DNA of 64,000 nt from Pseudomonadota bacterium (GTDB taxonomy: Bacteria; Pseudomonadota; Gammaproteobacteria; Steroidobacterales; Steroidobacteraceae). The notes beneath the pieces were generated by a model that was not told the DNA's origin, made no database searches, and worked only from the letters and a program-made list of their open reading frames with translations. Of the stretch, positions 61,841 to 64,000 are shown in pieces. The first letter of the stretch is position 1. Each line of letters begins with the position of its first letter. Both the position numbers and the translations under genes were made by a program. Where the stretch lies: NCBI GenBank assembly GCA_021780475.1, contig JAJXYR010000044.1, forward strand, positions 2,722-66,721. The letters are read 5' to 3'.

Positions 61841-63505
61841 ATGGTGGGCGCGTCGCGTCTATGCGCGCAGGCCACGCTCATGGCGGCGCTGACTTGCGTC
61901 GGTGCCGCGTACGCCGGTGCCGAAGCGGCCGGTGCGCCGCCTGCGACGGCGCCGGTCGTGGCGCCGGCGACACCAGCTCCGGCGGCACCTGTTCCGGTGG
62001 CGCCGTCCCTCTACCCCTGTGCGTCGGCCCCCCCGGAGCCCGTAGCGCTCGGCATGGCGGAATGGAACGGGTGGGGGCGCGATCTGGTGAACTCGCGTTA
62101 CCAGCCCGAGCCGGCGTTGCGCGCCAAAGACGTCTCGAAACTCGTGTTGCACTGGGCCTATGCACTCGACGCGCCCGCCGTCCATGGGCAGCCGATCGTG
62201 GTCGGCGGCCGCGTGTTCCTCGGGAGTTCATCCGGCCGGATCTACTCCCTGGACGCGCGCAGCGGCTGCAGCTACTGGACCTTCACCGCCGGCGCCAGCG
62301 TGGACTCGGCGATGATCGTCGGGGAACTCGGCCAGCCGAAGCTGGTGAAAAACAAATGGCACCCGTGGCGGCGCTGGCACAAACGCCTGCGCCGGTGGCG
62401 ACGCGGGCGGGGCATCAACGCCCACATCGCCGTCATCGAGCCGCCGAGCGGGCTTTACTTCGGTGACGCCGCGGGCGAGGTGTACGCGTTGGACGCGCAA
62501 ACCGGCGCGCTGCTTTGGAAGGTCGCGGTCGGAGCCGGCCTGCATGCGCGGGTGAGCGGGTCCCCGGCCTTGTCGGGCACGAGCCTGTTCGTGCCGCTCA
62601 CGTCTGTCGACGGTGCGCAGGGCACCGTGGTCGCGATGGACATCGCGACCGGGGCGGTCCGGTGGCGGACGGACATCACCCGCGATCTGATCAGGAGCGC
62701 GGGCGACACAGGGATCACGGCCGCTCCGACCGTCGATACCCGGCGCGGCGTGCTGTACGTGGCGGCCGGCGAAGCAGGCGCGATCGTCGCGCTCGACATT
62801 GCCGACGGCAAGCCTCGCTGGGTGGGTGCACGGCCGCAAAAGCGGTTCGAGGTCGATCGGCGTGATGCCTCGCCGGCGACGGCCGGCGGCGGCCACCGGT
62901 CGAGCCCGACTCCGCCGATTCTGCAAACCCTGCCGAACGACAAACAGATCCTGCTGTCGGCCACGCCGAGCGGAATCATCTACGCGCTCGATCCGGACCG
63001 CGACGGTGCCTTGCTGTGGCGCACCGACGTCGAGCCTGGTGCCGACAGCATTACCTGGACGCATGCCGCCGACCATCGCAACGTCTATGTCGCGTTCGAG
63101 CGATCGGATCCGAAGCCGGGCGCCGCCGCGGGCGGACTGGCGGCGCTCGGCATGGCGAACGGCAGTATTCGCTGGCTGAAGCCGTTCGCCAAACCGGCCT
63201 GTGCGCCGGCCGGCCCCGCCTGTCCGCGCCTCCCGGTGCGTGCGGTGACGGTCATTCCCGGAATCGTGTTCTGTGGATCCAGCGCGGGGCAGTTGCGCGC
63301 CTATTCGACCATCAACGGCATGCGAATGTGGAACTACGACACCGCCGGCATCGTGCAGACCGTGAATGCCGAGCAGGTGCGGGGCCTGTCCCTCGGCGTC
63401 TCGGGACCGGCAATCGTCAATGGCATGGTTTACGTCAATTCGGCCTTTCAAGACGGTGGCGGCTCGAGCGGCGTGCTGCTGGCCTTTTCGTTGGCCGGCA
63501 AATAG
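61841..63505 (+). CDS. secreted PQQ-type beta-propeller repeat protein (quinoprotein-dehydrogenase-like)
   Basis: Signal-like N-terminus and a Pro/Ala linker, then WNGWGRDLVNSRYQP (compare the quinoprotein N-terminal W.YG.D...RYSPL). Repeated G.(I/V)YALDA.TG..(L)W blade motifs. ATG lies directly after the gltA TGA. Confidence 0.75.
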   Translation: MVGASRLCAQATLMAALTCVGAAYAGAEAAGAPPATAPVVAPATPAPAAPVPVAPSLYPCASAPPEPVALGMAEWNGWGRDLVNSRYQPEPALRAKDVSKLVLHWAYALDAPAVHGQPIVVGGRVFLGSSSGRIYSLDARSGCSYWTFTAGASVDSAMIVGELGQPKLVKNKWHPWRRWHKRLRRWRRGRGINAHIAVIEPPSGLYFGDAAGEVYALDAQTGALLWKVAVGAGLHARVSGSPALSGTSLFVPLTSVDGAQGTVVAMDIATGAVRWRTDITRDLIRSAGDTGITAAPTVDTRRGVLYVAAGEAGAIVALDIADGKPRWVGARPQKRFEVDRRDASPATAGGGHRSSPTPPILQTLPNDKQILLSATPSGIIYALDPDRDGALLWRTDVEPGADSITWTHAADHRNVYVAFERSDPKPGAAAGGLAALGMANGSIRWLKPFAKPACAPAGPACPRLPVRAVTVIPGIVFCGSSAGQLRAYSTINGMRMWNYDTAGIVQTVNAEQVRGLSLGVSGPAIVNGMVYVNSAFQDGGGSSGVLLAFSLAGK

Positions 63506-63514
63506 CGCGCCGCG

Positions 63515-64000
63515 CTAGCCCCGGGTCAGCAAGGCCGACACTTCGCGCGCGTCCGCGCGGCGCATCGGCCTGCCGTCCACCGGCGAATACGGCGATTGCC
63601 GGATGCCGTCGATCGGGAAAACCGTGGCATCGACCGCGCGTCCCTGGGTCTCGAATCGCAGCGCCGGGTAATTCACCGTGCGCAGGGCATCCATCTTGAT
63701 GCGGTGCTCATGCATCGTATAGGCAACTCGGGCGTCCAGCAGCCGCATCGCAACGGTCTCGGAGCGATCCGCGAACAGGTGTAGCTGGATGTGGTTGTGC
63801 GCCGTCGCCGTCCCGGTGAGCACCGGTCCGACGAGCCGTGGCTGAAAGCCCTCCAGCAGCCGCATCGCACCGAGCGCGGCGCTGCGTTGCGCTTCCAGGC
63901 TGAGGGCGTGCGAGCCCGCTTCGAACAGCCGCTGACGCTCGCGCAGCGCCGCCTCGATCTCGACGTTGCGCGGCAGCACCGCGACGTCGTGAATACCGAG
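63515..64000 (-). CDS. conserved hypothetical protein (5' end outside the window)
   Basis: The frame is open to the window edge (..LGIHDVAVLPRNVEIEAAL..) with coding-like third-position GC. I do not recognise the family. Confidence 0.4.
   Translation of the reverse strand, partial: LGIHDVAVLPRNVEIEAALRERQRLFEAGSHALSLEAQRSAALGAMRLLEGFQPRLVGPVLTGTATAHNHIQLHLFADRSETVAMRLLDARVAYTMHEHRIKMDALRTVNYPALRFETQGRAVDATVFPIDGIRQSPYSPVDGRPMRRADAREVSALLTRG

Overview
High-GC (about 65-70% by eye) proteobacterial core-chromosome segment with gammaproteobacterium-like gene order. It starts inside the dnaA-dnaN-recF-gyrB region (recF 3' end, gyrB) and runs through about 65 tightly packed, mostly housekeeping genes. 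In order: plsC, glyS/glyQ, the glnA-DUF4124-ntrB-ntrC nitrogen module with a sigma-54 promoter, trmL, and gpsA-secB-grxC-rhodanese. Next comes an envC / GGDEF-EAL / ctp / GGDEF / pbpG cell-envelope block, then a TonB-dependent receptor behind a TPP riboswitch, then tatABC, dtd, trkHA and uvrD. After a lone IorB-like molybdoenzyme subunit there is a complete aa3-type cytochrome c oxidase and heme A biogenesis cluster (coxB-coxA-small ORF-ctaG-coxC, DUF2909, SURF1, SCO-like, ctaA, ctaB). The rest is bioB-bioC-bioD, ubiC-ubiA, recG, ridA-spoT-rpoZ-gmk, a GlyGly-CTERM lipoprotein, yicC, PP2C-rph-rdgB-hemW, rpmE, gltA and a PQQ-type beta-propeller protein. I saw no rRNA, tRNA, CRISPR array, transposase, integrase or phage module, and no convincing defence or toxin system. 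This reads as an ordinary core region rather than an accessory island. The most unusual item is non-coding: the 421-bp hemW-rpmE spacer holds a tight cluster of DnaA boxes, one a perfect TTATCCACA, next to an 85-bp island of about 31% GC with an IHF-like site. That suggests an oriC-, DARS- or datA-like DnaA control locus about 57 kb from gyrB. Lesser points include a possible ctp-GGDEF-pbpG operon, the TPP riboswitch on a solitary outer-membrane receptor, an Arg/Trp-rich insertion in the PQQ propeller protein, an unlisted 41-codon ORF inside the cox operon, and a BirA-operator-like repeat upstream of bioB. All product calls come from motifs and synteny recognised by eye, since no database search was possible. 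Many very long antisense ORFs in the track are treated as high-GC artefacts.
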